Position numbers and translations under genes: made by a program. Below the pieces are notes generated by a model. That model worked only from the letters and a program-made list of their open reading frames with translations, was not told the origin of the DNA and searched no databases. A stretch of 64,000 nucleotides of DNA from the human T2T-CHM13v2.0 reference genome, Homo sapiens: NCBI GenBank assembly GCA_009914755.4, contig CP068257.2, forward strand, positions 32,480,001 through 32,544,000. Direction: 5' to 3'. This document shows positions 15,105 through 27,557 of this stretch, in pieces. Within the stretch, counting starts at the first letter, position 1; every line of letters starts with the position of its first letter.

Positions 15105-15600
15105 CACATTGAGATATCACCTCATGTCTGTCAGGATGGCTATTATGAAAAAGACAAAATACAAATGTTGACGAGGATATGGAGAAAAGGAACTGTTGCA
15201 CACCGTTGGTGGGAATAAATTAGTACAGCCATTGTGGCAAACAGTATGGAGATTTCTCAAAATATTAAAAATAGGATGACCATATGATCCAGCAGTCTTA
15301 CTACTGGATAAATGGAATAAAATCAGCATCGAAGAGGTGTCTGTATTCCTGTGTTCGTTGCAACACTATTCACAATAGCTGAGATGTGGATCAACCTAAG
15401 TGTCCATCAGTGGATGAATGGATAAAGTATGGCATACATACACAATAGAATACTCTTCAGCCATAAAAAAGGAAATCCTGTGCAACAACATGGATGAGCC
15501 TAGAGGACATTATGTGAAGTGAAATAAGCCAGACACAGAAAGACAACATATGATTTCCCTCATATGTGGCATCTGAAAAAGTAGCTGAATCTTGATGCAT
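15105..15600 (+). mobile_element. Old L1 ORF2 C-terminal fragment in sense orientation. It ends at about the same L1 position where the antisense fragment at 14495-14935 begins.
   Basis: Plus-strand translation gives [77 protein letters not shown], homologous to L1 ORF2 ([54 protein letters not shown]..). Confidence 0.75.
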
Positions 15601-18094
15601 GTTTTTATTCCTATAATTCCTTTGTGTTTGTGTCCTTTCTCTTCCCTGCTCTACAGAATAGAGCAGTCCATCAGGTGCCTTCCTCCCACCACTTGAATTT
15701 AAGCATCACTGCAGTTGGCCTAGTTGATGGACATGCTTTTTGTCTGTTGTTGAGCAAATTATGCAAATCTGACTTTTTTGTCAAAGTCCATGTTTGTCAT
15801 TCTAGGAATGTATGATTTTAAGAACTTCTCTTAACCCAGTCCACCAGGTGATATTTTTGCTAAACCTTACATGGATATGTAGAAGATTCATTTTCTTATA
15901 AACCTTTTGTCTCTACCATCTAAATCTTTGGTTGACTGTTCCCTCCCCTGGTTTTCTTGTCACTCCAGTGCTGTCTCCCTTCTACCCTGTGAAGAGGTTG
16001 AAATATAAGGTGAAGGCAGGGAACTGAATTGTGCATGAAGGCATGCAATCAATAAGGCAGGTGGCTCAGTAATGCCTACCTGATTCCTGCTCCCACTATC
16101 CATTTCACAAGCTTAGGCATTTCCTTTACTTGCTGTCATAGTAACCAGGACTCCTGCCAGTCTTCCCGTTTATCTTTTATCTGTGAGTGCATCTGAAGGG
16201 GGATGGGGAGTATAGAAATGGAAACCTCTCAGCAAGAGGATCATGGACTTTAAAATGTCCTTAGAATAGCAAGTAGGGTACCTTCATTTTGGCATTGTTT
16301 CTAGCTGATGCAGTAGTATTTACCACAAATAGTCACCCACTGGGGTTGTCATTTTTCCATTTCACATTCAGACAAGACTCCAATATTATTGGTGAGAAAG
16401 AGTGAAACTTTTATGTTCCTTAAATTAGTGTTGGAGAAGATCATTGCTTAAAATCTTTTACAAACTGCAATTCAGCCAGAGTCATTCATCTTTGGGAGGA
16501 TGAGAAGCCAGCTAGCTTCCTACTAGAGTGCGGTTCTCACATTTGTTTGCACCTGGGGAGCTTTAAAAAAATCTTAGTGTCCAGGATTTTTGAATCCTTA
16601 AGCCAATTGAATTGAAATATCTGAGGGTAAGATGCAGACACCTTTATTTTTAAAGCTCCCAGGTGATTCAAGTGCTGAGAAATACCTTGGTGATTTCTGC
16701 CCTTTTCCTTTGACTTACCCAAATCATGAAAGGAATGATTGATTATATGCAAGTGAGCCCCCAAATTTGTCCTTAAATGAATGACATCTGAATGATATTC
16801 TTTGATTTGAAACCTCAGAAATTAGTTGATTAAGGAACAAAGGTACATTATTATTGAACTAGAGATTAATGTTAACCAAGGCACATGACTAACTAATATA
16901 TAGCTGACAACTAGTAAGTTCACACAAGGTTGGATCTCCTATAATTATGTCTTCCCTTCTGCTCAGTGGGTTCATTTTTTAAATTTATTCGCTCATAGCC
17001 TTTTGATTCCAATGCTGGTATTGATGGCTTAGCAGGCACTTGGTGCAGGGGCCCCTTGGATGGGTAAGTGTAGTTTATGACTTAAAGGCATTTTGCCTAC
17101 CTTGCAGCTCAAGTTGCTTTACTCCTCAGTCATCTGCTTTTTACGTTTGCAAATTCAGCCATGCATTATCTCACTGAGAAGATAACAATGCCTCTGCCTT
17201 GTTCTTGGGTCCTTCGTTTTGGCCCAGGATTAATGTGTGCTGAACTCAGATCAGTTACTGGACCAGTCATTGGCTTCTTGCTCCTGTTTTCTTTTTAACC
17301 TCCATTCTTCTCTGAGTTCTTTTTGTTTTCATCACATTGCCCAAAGAGTACTTCTTAATGTTGGATTTCCCAGGTCTCAAGAGTCTTATTCCTGGCTGCA
17401 TGGCCATAGAATGGGCAGGCTCCTGTTTCCACATCCCTTGGCTTCATTGACCACTGTGGTGTCAGGGCCAGACTTGGTCTTGTCCTATCACGTCTTTTTG
17501 GTGCACTCTGATTCTGGGACCAGTACTTCTGGATTCCAGTTTTTCCTCTCATTCCCCAAGAGACAGAGTAACCAGTTGTAATAATTAATGATGCTGGAAG
17601 TACCAGCTTGCAAGACTCTTTCAGTAACCTCTGGAAGCCACCTGTTTATACCTCTCTGATTATTACTATATTGTTAAAAGCCTGGATGGACACGGAGTCA
17701 GTGAATGAGTTTTCAGTGTCCAAGTGTAGATCTGGGACTTGAAGACAGAATTTACAAATTATGGTATCTGTGGCAAGATAGCGGTTGGGATAGACTTGGG
17801 AGAAGAAATTCTTTAAAGGAAAAATTGAATTTGTTGCAAAAGAAGTTTGTCACTGAAACACGTTTTAATTGCTCATCGTAAATCAGAGTGTAAAAGAAAA
17901 AAAAATGGAATACTCCACTTGTTTTGCTACCTAGGGAAGACTAATACCTTGCATAGTCATCCGTTCTTTTTTCCATGTTTGTCTACATAGTCCTTTTTTT
18001 TTTTTTGGAAGATACATGGATGTACTCTCCATGCTGATTTTATTTTATTATTAAAATGTTTTTATGCCAGTATGTAAGGATCATACCCCATCCC

Positions 18095-18247
18095 AACCCC
18101 GACAGGGTTTCACTCTGTTACCCAGGATGGAGTGTGGTGCCACAGTCATGGCTCACTGCAGCCTCATCTTCCCTAGCCTCAAGCAATCCTCCTATCTTAG
18201 CTTCCTGAGTAGCTGGGTCTACAGGTGTGTCCCACCATGCCCAGCTA

Positions 18248-18299
<52 letters not shown>

Positions 18300-18380
18300 T
18301 TTTGTAGAGATGGGATTTAACCATGTTGCTCAGGCTGGTCTCGAACTCCTGGGCTCAAGCGATCTGCCTGCTTCAGCCTC
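18095..18380 (-). mobile_element. Alu in minus orientation carrying an expanded (GT)n microsatellite in its linker region and truncated at its (Alu-sense) 5' end.
   Basis: GACAGGGTTTCACTCTGTTACCCAGGATGGAGTGTGGTGCCACAGTCATGGCTCACTGCAGCC...CCCAGCTAATTTT(GT)n..TTTGTAGAGATGGGATTTAACCATGTTGCTCAGGCTGGTCTCGAACTCCTGGGCTCAAGCGATCTGCCTGCTTCAGCCTCTCAA. Confidence 0.85.
18253..18300. repeat. (GT)20 AT (GT)3 dinucleotide microsatellite embedded in the Alu.
   Basis: Direct read of 18253-18300. Confidence 0.95.
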
Positions 18381-20621
18381 TCAATCATCCATGTTTTTTT
18401 TTTTTTTTTTAATTTCTATAGGTGTTTTTGGGAACAGGTGGTGTTTGGTTACATTAATAAGTTCTTTAGTGGTGATTTCTGAAATCTTGGTGGATTTTTA
18501 AATGGTTGTATCGTACTTATTCAATCAGTGGAAATCGTTTATTGAACCAGTCTCCATTGGGCAATAAGATTTCCATTCATTCACTATCCTAATAACTTTA
18601 TGATGAGCATTTTTCATAGCTAAGTCTGGTACATGGGTATGGTAGTTTGCTTAAATTCCTAGAATGCTGGGTGTGTCCTGCAGACCCTGGCCTACGGATG
18701 AAATGAGTACTCAGACACAGGTATGCAGTGTAAGAGCAGCTAGTTGACTGCCTGGCTCTAGTGGCCAGAGCAGCCCCAAGAAGCTGGAGCTGCTTGGTTT
18801 TATTCAGTGCCGGCACAATGCTGAAAACATGGAGCAAACACAACCTGTAGGTAATTAACATTTATTGCCCCCCTTTCAGAGAACCTCATGCGAGAGGATG
18901 ATCAAAGATCAGTTCCTGGTCAGCATAAGTAAACAAGCCTCTTTAAGATAAATTCCCCTACACTCCCTTGTACCTACTCCTTGGCCTCTGCCTCAGGGTT
19001 ATAGAACAGCTGCCTTCAGCTCTTCTCCCCTGGGGCTCTGCAGAACCTTCCGACCTTTCAGAAGGTTTAGGTCCTTTCCCTGTAGTTTTTCCCACCACTC
19101 TGACTGATTCCCCACACTAGAAGTAGCTGTGGAGTTAAAGGTGTACACATTTTAAATTAATATACATTGCCAAATTGTCTTCCAGAAAGTTTACATTTTT
19201 ACCAATAGTGTAGGTGAGTGTTTGAAGAAACTGAAATCTTAATGTTCTAGGCAAAATAGTGCCATAGGTGGAAGAAAACAAAGGCTTCTACCTATACTAA
19301 ATTCAGTACCCATGTTGATTCTACCCCAAATATAAATTTCATAAGAATTTTCTCCCTTCCTTTCGTCTGCTGTTAGTTCAGACCCACTCTGAGAGCACCC
19401 AAAGTGGCCCTCTTTCCCTCCTGACGGGGTATTCATTTTTCAGGGTCTGGCTGAAATCTGCTTTCTTCAACCAACCAGTTAGTAGTAGTAATTCCTTCTT
19501 TTGAGTTCTTGTGGCATCATTGCTTTTCACATCAGTATTGCCTGTGTTTGAATCTGCCTTTATTAGTAACTTACAAGTGTCTGTCTTCCTATCTGTATCG
19601 CAGACTTTTTAGGGACAGGGACTTGGTGTTCCATTTCCCTGCGGCTACCCTTTTGGAGATGGGCTTCCTAGCGAGCAGCTTGGACATACTTGTCTTGAGG
19701 AAGACACTTTGAGAAGAATGTTTCCAGATAAATGTTAAGTTGAACCAAAATGGCAATTTCCTAAGTTTCAGCTTACATTTCTGATACCCGCAGAATTTGG
19801 TCTGCCCATAAGAGATCATTCACTTTGCCCTTTCACTCCACATGCAGGTGTCAGGATGTATGTATCTCCTGTGTATGTATGTATCTCCTTAAATGACTTG
19901 TGCCATTTAAGTTATTTTAAAATGGCTTCCCCATAAAGATGCGTGATGTTTTCCCGCATGTAACTGTTTCTCAGAAAGATGATTATATAAATACCATATT
20001 CACGAGTGCTTTTTAGTTAATATATTAACTTAAGCAATTCTTAAGATTCTACACTATAGCCTGACAATTAAATGACCACTTGAAAAGCCTGACCTGTGAA
20101 TCTGCAGTATTTTTTTCAACATTATTTTAAAAATTTTAAAATTTGGGGTATTTTTGTTTTTGCAGAGCACACAGCATTGGTTTATTCAAAGAGTTTTTCT
20201 CTGCATTACACTATTATTTTCTTACTACACTTTATGTACAGTTAGACCCTTGAACAGTGTAGGGGTATGCATAATTGAAAATCTGTGTGTAAACTTTGGA
20301 CTCCCCAGAAACTTTACCAATAGCCTACTGTTGACCTGGAAGCCTTACCAATGTTATTTTGTATGTTATGTGTATTATATACTGTATTACAATAAAGTAA
20401 GCTAGAGAAAAAGCAAGTTTTTTTTTCCAAAATGTTGTGACTCTTCAAAAATTTTTCCAATATATTTATTGAATAAAATTCGCTTGTAAGTGGACCTACA
20501 CAGTTTCAACCTGTATTGCTCCAGGGTCACTGTATTTTGGTTCCTGTCTCTTCTTTCCCCTCCCATTTACCTACTGTTTTAAAGCCTGTTAAGTCTTTAT
20601 TCATTAGTTACTCCACATTTC

Positions 20622-20890
20622 TTTCTTTCTTTCTTTTTTTTTTTTTTTTTGAGACAGAGTCTCAGCTCACTACAACCTCCTTCTGGCTCAAGTAATTTTT
20701 GAGCCTCAGCCACCCGAGTAGTTGGGACTACAGGCATACACCACCACGCCTGGCTAATTTTTATATTTTCAGTAGAGATGGGGTTTCGCCATGTTGGCCA
20801 GGCTGGTCTCAAACTCCTGGCCTCAAGTGATCTGCCCGCCTTGGCATCCCAAAGTGCTGGGATTACAGGAAAGAACCACTGTGCCCAGCC
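20622..20890 (-). mobile_element. Alu in minus orientation with an internal deletion in the right-arm region.
   Basis: CTTTCTTTCTTTCTTTTTTTTTTTTTTTGAGACAGAGTCTCAGCTCACTACAACCTCCTTCTGGCTCAAGTAATTTTTGAGCCTCAGCCACCCGAGTAGTTGGGACTACAGGC ... GGATTACAGGAAAGAACCACTGTGCCCAGCC. It lacks about 35 nt (GCTCTGTCGCCCAGGCTGGAGTGCAGTGGCGCGATC). Confidence 0.85.
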
Positions 20891-23800
20891 TACTCCATGT
20901 TTCTTAAAAATGGCCTATATAATATGATTCATAAGCAAAGGAGTACAGCATTTAAATTTTAATAAGTGTTTTCTATCTTTGACCTTTACAAAGCCTATAA
21001 AGGTTACTTTTCTAGTCACTTCAAGTTATAACTTCAGGTTCAGGCCTGTAGAGGTAAGTAATCACATTTGAACATGTACTTAGGCATCTTTATGTTTCTT
21101 AGTGTTCTAGACTTGTCCTTATTGAATTTTATTCTAATTTAAAAAGTAGTTTCTGTGTTCGATAATTTTTATTCCTTAATTACCTAGAGGACTGAAACTC
21201 CTGATTCAATAAATTGTTGGGCAAAAGAGGTTCTCTACAATGAAGAATATTTGATCAAACAGTTCCTGTGGAATCAATTTCATAGTTGGGCTTTGCTTAT
21301 GTCATTAGGCAAGGCTGGCACTTCACATATTTTTATGTAGATGGTTCTCCCAAGGTCTGCTAGAACTTCAGCCACTTTCCATGACACCCATTTGACTGTT
21401 GAAAAGTTAGGGCTCACAGATTTTCAGATTGCTGTGAGAATGTCAATGCAGAATTCACAGGGACAGCCTTTCTATTTGAAAATTTAAATTGCAAGGAAAT
21501 TTTTTAAAGGAAGTAAGATTTGGAATTAAGATTCAGCAAAGAATGGGAAAGACTTTTACATGTACATTTTCACAGGTTTTGACAGTTCTGTGTCTTGGCT
21601 CTACCTTCCCTGAGTCCTGCCTGCTCTTGAGTGTTGTATAACTCTTTGTAACGTGAGGCGGGCAGGGTGTAGGTAGATGCTGCATGCTGTTGAATGTTGT
21701 GGATTCTATGTGTGCTTTATTTTCTGGGGAACTAGGGTGTGGTAGTGCTAGCTGGGTATATTGGAGGCCACTGGCTTAAAACTGTCTTTCCCATAGAGTC
21801 TAATTTCTAAGATAATTTTGTTGACAAGTTTCTCTTCTGGGATGAAAATATGTTTAATTAGGTTAAACGTTGGTCATTGACTAGTGGTGGTGGTTATGAT
21901 ACTTCCATGAATTCTTAGCTTCAGTAACCTTCCTGAGTGGGGATTTTATTTGGGGGACAAGGAGAGATTCCTTTCTTCCTTTCATTCTTCCCACCTTTTT
22001 GCTCTCATCTTTTACTACAGCAACTTTTCCCATTAGCATCTCTAGAACTGTGGTTTTCAAAATATGGTTTGAGGACTCTTGGGCTTTACGGGGGACCCTT
22101 TTAGAAGATCATTGTGAAAACAGTAGTGAGTAGAACAGCTGGTACGTTAGCATGAATCTAGTCAGCAGCATTAACTTTTCCTAGCAGTACGTGTATTCTT
22201 CATTGCTATGCAGTTGCAGTTTTCAAAACTGGCTTCACTGCAGAATGTCCTTCAGAATGATGAGTGGTACCAGAGTAGTATTTAGTCTTGGTAGGGGCTT
22301 TAAGAAGTTGTTGAGTTCAACCTCCCACCCATGCAGATATTAATCCAACAGCCATCCTGTATCTATTTATGTACTTCAAGTGATGGGAAGGTCACTACTT
22401 CACAAGGCAGCCCACTGCATTTTCATACAGCTGTATATTTTTGGAAATATGTTCTTGTTTACAAAATACAGCTTGATTTCTCTAATTTTTACCCTTTGAT
22501 TCTAGTCCACTCTTGGAATCCAATCAAAATAAAACAAATCTACCTTTTGCATAATAGCCCTGCAAATATTTGAAGTTAGCTCTTGGGTTTTCCCTAAGTC
22601 TTTTGTAGGCTAAACATTAGTTTTGGTAATTAATATAAAAAATTAGCTTTAATTTCTTCTAGGATTAATTACCTTTTTTATAAGTATTATACTATTTCGT
22701 TAAATTTTTGGATAGTACTTTATCTTACCTAATCAGCAAATAATTATAATGTAATTTTAACATTTATATTTATATGTGTATTGGAATTTGATATTTGAAA
22801 TGTATAAAATATTTAATTAATTTCACTTCTAGATGAATTGTAGGTATTTTTGAAATACAGTATTGGTGTGAACAGCATTTTGGTACTGCGTGAAGTAAAT
22901 GGGAAAACATTAGTATTGTAATTTTGCCTCAGTGTTACAGTTACCACCTTGATAGTGAGCTTTGTTGTATATGAAAAGTGGCTTCAAGTTATGTTAGAGA
23001 TAGAAGGAAACTTAGAGTTCCTTGAGGAAAGATAGGAGTAAGTAAGCAAGAGACCCTCTTAAAGGAGGTACAATTAGCACAGCTATTTCTAGCACCTGTT
23101 CGATGAGTGTGGCCCATTTTAGACGTTGGGAATACAGTCATGTACAAGATAGACAAAGGTCCTTGCTCCTCTGTAGCTTACATTCTGGTTAGTGAAAGAA
23201 TATTTTTAGATTGCTGTAGTGCTGTTAGAAGTAAAAAAAGAATGACATCAGGAGAACTGGGGGATGGAGGTGCATTTTGGTGATGAAGATATCAGAATTG
23301 GGGGGCATAAAAAGACTTTCATCAAACTTTGTTGTGCCTCCAGCAGATGTTGAGAATTGCAGTATGAATGTTGTTTATTCATGTGAAGCTTGTAGCAACA
23401 GGAAAATCGAGAACTACTAATTTAGCAGATGAGGAAACTGAGGTACAAGTTTAAAATTGATAAATTTTAATAACATATTCAGGTTTGTATAACTCATTAG
23501 TGAATGAGCTAGGACTAGAATCATAGTCCTAGTTTTTCTAGTTTCCATTCCCATTCATTCATTCCTTTCTTTCTGTATTTTTTTTTCAAATGAATGTTTT
23601 CAGCCCTCAGTCTGTGCCTTGCCAAAGTGTGTTTCATTGATGCATTTGGTAGGTAGAAGGAAAGAGTTGAAGGAGTTGCTTTCAGATGGGGTGAGAGAAG
23701 CCTCTCAGAAGCCTGCACAACTTCTCTTAGAATAGTTGGAATTGAGTGGTTCAGAGACTTTATAAATGAGAATTATGGCAGCAAGATCATTTGTTTCCTG

Positions 23801-26800
23801 TAAACTATATGCTTTTGTAAGTTGAACATTGTGCTGGATTGAGCAGAACTTTTTCCCCTCTAAGCGTAAGAATTTTATTTTAATAGATCTATAGGTTTCA
23901 CCAAATGAGGAACATTGAAGTTGGCAACCTGGGTTGATAAAGACATTATTAGGAGCTTGGCAGATGGAATAGTGGATTAGTGGAATCAGTTCTGAGCCCT
24001 GCAGTGAGTTGAACAGCTCAACTGATGGTATTCGTTAGATGGTACCCGATGTGTCTACCTGATGACACATCCAGTGAGGAATACACCCTCTATACGTCAG
24101 TCAGTGGCCCAGGCTCATGGTTTTATTTGTGGTGCATTTTAGGGTACATGGATTAAGGACCTGCCAGCTTCCCTCAGCCCATCACAATATAGAACCAGGG
24201 GTTGGCCAGATAGTAAATAGTTTAGGCTCTGGGGCCATGTGGTCTCTTGTAATTACAGATCTACCTTTAGCACAGAAGTAGCCATAGACACTATGCAGAT
24301 GTGTGAGTTGGCTGTGTTCCAGTTCAACTTTATTTGCAAATACAGGTAGCAAGCCAGATTTGGCCCAAGAGCCCTGGTTTGCCAACCCTGCTTTATGGTG
24401 AGGTAAGGTCTATGGGGCGTTATTTTTGCTCCTCCTTCCACCTTTCGTTTTATACTTCTGGGTGTTTTGAAATTAAAGTGAGATGAATGTGGCCATTCCA
24501 GTAGTCTACAGTTTGACCTTGACATACTGAAGTCAAACAATTTTTTTTTTTATATTTTCCTAAGTTACATTCTTGTTAGGTAGCCTTTCCCCTTTTTGAG
24601 ACAGATGTAAGAAGAAAATGTTTTTTACTTTATAAGCTCTTACTTCAGAAGAGGGTAATGAGTTTTATACTGTAAACACTTCAGTTGGAACTTAAAAGAT
24701 ATTGAGATATATTCCTTTTTAATCAGGCAAAACTGGAATTGAAATTTATTTGGGTAGCTAATCAGAAAACTAATCAATCAAATGTTTTTTTCCTTTTTTT
24801 TTTTGAGTGCAAAGCTGAGACCCGACTCTTTATTTGGATGGGCTGTTCCTTTACCTTATCATACGTTAATTGATGTAATGCCAGGTCAAGAAACAGCATT
24901 TTCAGTTAAATGAAATACTGTGCTGCTGTTAATAATGAGTCCTCTGCAGATGTATGGCGATGTCTTTGTGAACTATAATGAAATGTGAGAAGAATGTAGT
25001 CTTCATATGATTAGAACTGTCTAGGAATGTGTTTGATACAATCATAAGGATAAATTGCCTTAGACTTTTTACCTACTGTTAATGGGAAGAGATTTTGGCC
25101 TGAATTTTTATTGTCTTCAGGAAATTTCTGTTTTATCTTAAGGTTGGTTAAATATATAAACAACGATTCAGTAGGAATTTTTAAAATCCCTAATGGACTT
25201 CAATATGAAAAGAAAGTAAAGAATGTTTTTTTCTAAGCCTTAAGCCAATACTTAGCACATTTCATACCATTTTAGCAGCACTTGTCAGAAAGAAAATTTT
25301 AAAAATATAGTGGATTTTGTTTGGTTGCCAGAATGCACACTTAAACTTGTTCTGCAATTTTCTCTTCATTTGATCCCCAAATGAACCTCTGGAAGGTAGC
25401 CTATTCTTAAGTTTCCTCCTGCACTTTAAAATCACCCTGCTTGCACCTCTTCACGTAGGTCTTTGAGGAGATGTGCACCTTGTCTTTGCCAAGGTGTGCC
25501 TCTGGCTTCCTCCCCGATGGTTTCCACAGCTTTCCTTCTCCTTGCAGCAGGCGTTTCCACTTAATAGCTGCCCTGTCAGCATCTCTCTAGAGATCCCATC
25601 CCAAATCTGTAAACCTTCTTGGCTTTTTTTTTTTATGAAGATAAAATATGTAACAATAAGACACTAGACCATATAGTAGTTATCCAGTAAATCATAGCTG
25701 TCATCGTTGTTGCTATTTTAGAAATCCTACATTTTATCGTCTTGCATGGTCCGCTCCTTTTTGACTACCAACTTGCCCATGTGTTTTCTCCTAAAACACG
25801 TTGCTCAAGTTGCTTGTCCCTGGAGCCCTGGCATTTTCTCCTCCTCACCATTGTTCTCATACCTCTACCATGGGAACCTTGGCAGCCTGCTTTCTGGCCC
25901 CATCTTGCCAAATGCCCATGTAGCTACCACACCGCGGCTTTTTCTTGATCTCTGTCCTCTACCCCATTGTCATTCTGGACAAGGCAGTCTCCCGATTTTC
26001 CTTGTCCTATTTGATGATACGTTTTATATTTGCTTCTCTGACTTTGAGTCCTCTTGTTAGCCCCTAAATGTTTGTACTCCCCAAGGTTCTGCTGGTGATC
26101 TCCTTTCCTCTCCCCCTCCACCCTTTCTATTGATCTCACCTCCTTCTCAGGCTTCAGAGAGCCGTCTGTGCAGGTGACTATGAAATGTGTATTTCTCATC
26201 CACCTGCTTTGAGCTTAAGATTTACATCTGGAGAGGTCAACCTAGGGGAGCCATGGCATCTGAGACTCAGCGTGTCTTAAACCAGATTCATCTCTTACTG
26301 TCCTCACCAGCTTCTCCAGCTCTCCTTTTAGCTGTAGTGACAGTTGCACTCTCTCAGCCACCAGATTGTGGTGCCCTTCTTCGCCACATCTTGCCTTCAT
26401 TCTCCACATTGCATTCGTTGCAGTTTTCAGGCTTATCCTTATAAAGTATCTTTTCTTCCAAAAATTGCTTGTGTATACATATGCATAGAGAGATATCTGG
26501 AAAGAAATTCACCAGAAAGTTTAATTCACCATCCAGTCTATCTCTGGGTAATGGGATTCTATATTGTTCAAGCTTTTTTTTTTTTTTTTTTAAATAACAG
26601 GCCTTGATTACTCATGGACTTGTGCCCAGTGTATACCCGTCTATCTCCTCAGCACTCCCTTGCCCTGAACCCCATCACTGGGGCTCAGTTGCTGGTTCAT
26701 TCATTCTTTGTACCTCCGGTCATCATTTTCCGGGTGCCTTTCAAGTAAACTTTCCTTAGTGAAACCCTTCTTCCAGCTGAATGTTTCTTCCTTTCGTGAG

Positions 26801-27398
26801 CCCTCTGGTCTCTATGCTATTTCCTGTATTCTGCCCTCTGCTCTCCATACATGTGTATTTTGTGTTCTGTCCTTTATTAGATTGTAAGCTCCATGAGGGC
26901 AGAGTTTGGGTCTGATTACCCATCCTTTCCCCCTTTTGGTTACAGTCTCCCAGTTTTTCTTTGGGAGACAACACCTTTTCCCCCTGGCTACAGTTTTGGT
27001 GGGATGGGCAGTTCAGGTGTCCTGCCAACGAGATACTCTTCTCCTGGAATTTGAATTTTGAGTCATGGGATACAAGGACTGACAGTGATTGGCACTGATT
27101 CAGCCTGGCCGAGGTGCTCTGAAGAAGCCACTCATTAGTTCCTGCCTCCCAGATCCCTGGAGCTGCCCTGGTCCCTGAACTCTCCGAAGCCTGGTTCTTC
27201 AGATATTCCTCGTATCTGTGAGCTATCTCATATCCTTACAATAAATTCTCTCTCTCTTTTATTTTAAGTTAACCAAAACCAGCTTCTGTTGCTTTTACCC
27301 AGCGATTCCTACCAGTAGAGCTGTTATGATTGGAACTGAGCAGACTTAATCATTCTAGCTCTTATATTAATTCTGATGCTTTTTTTTCTTTTCTTTAA

Positions 27399-27557
<159 letters not shown>

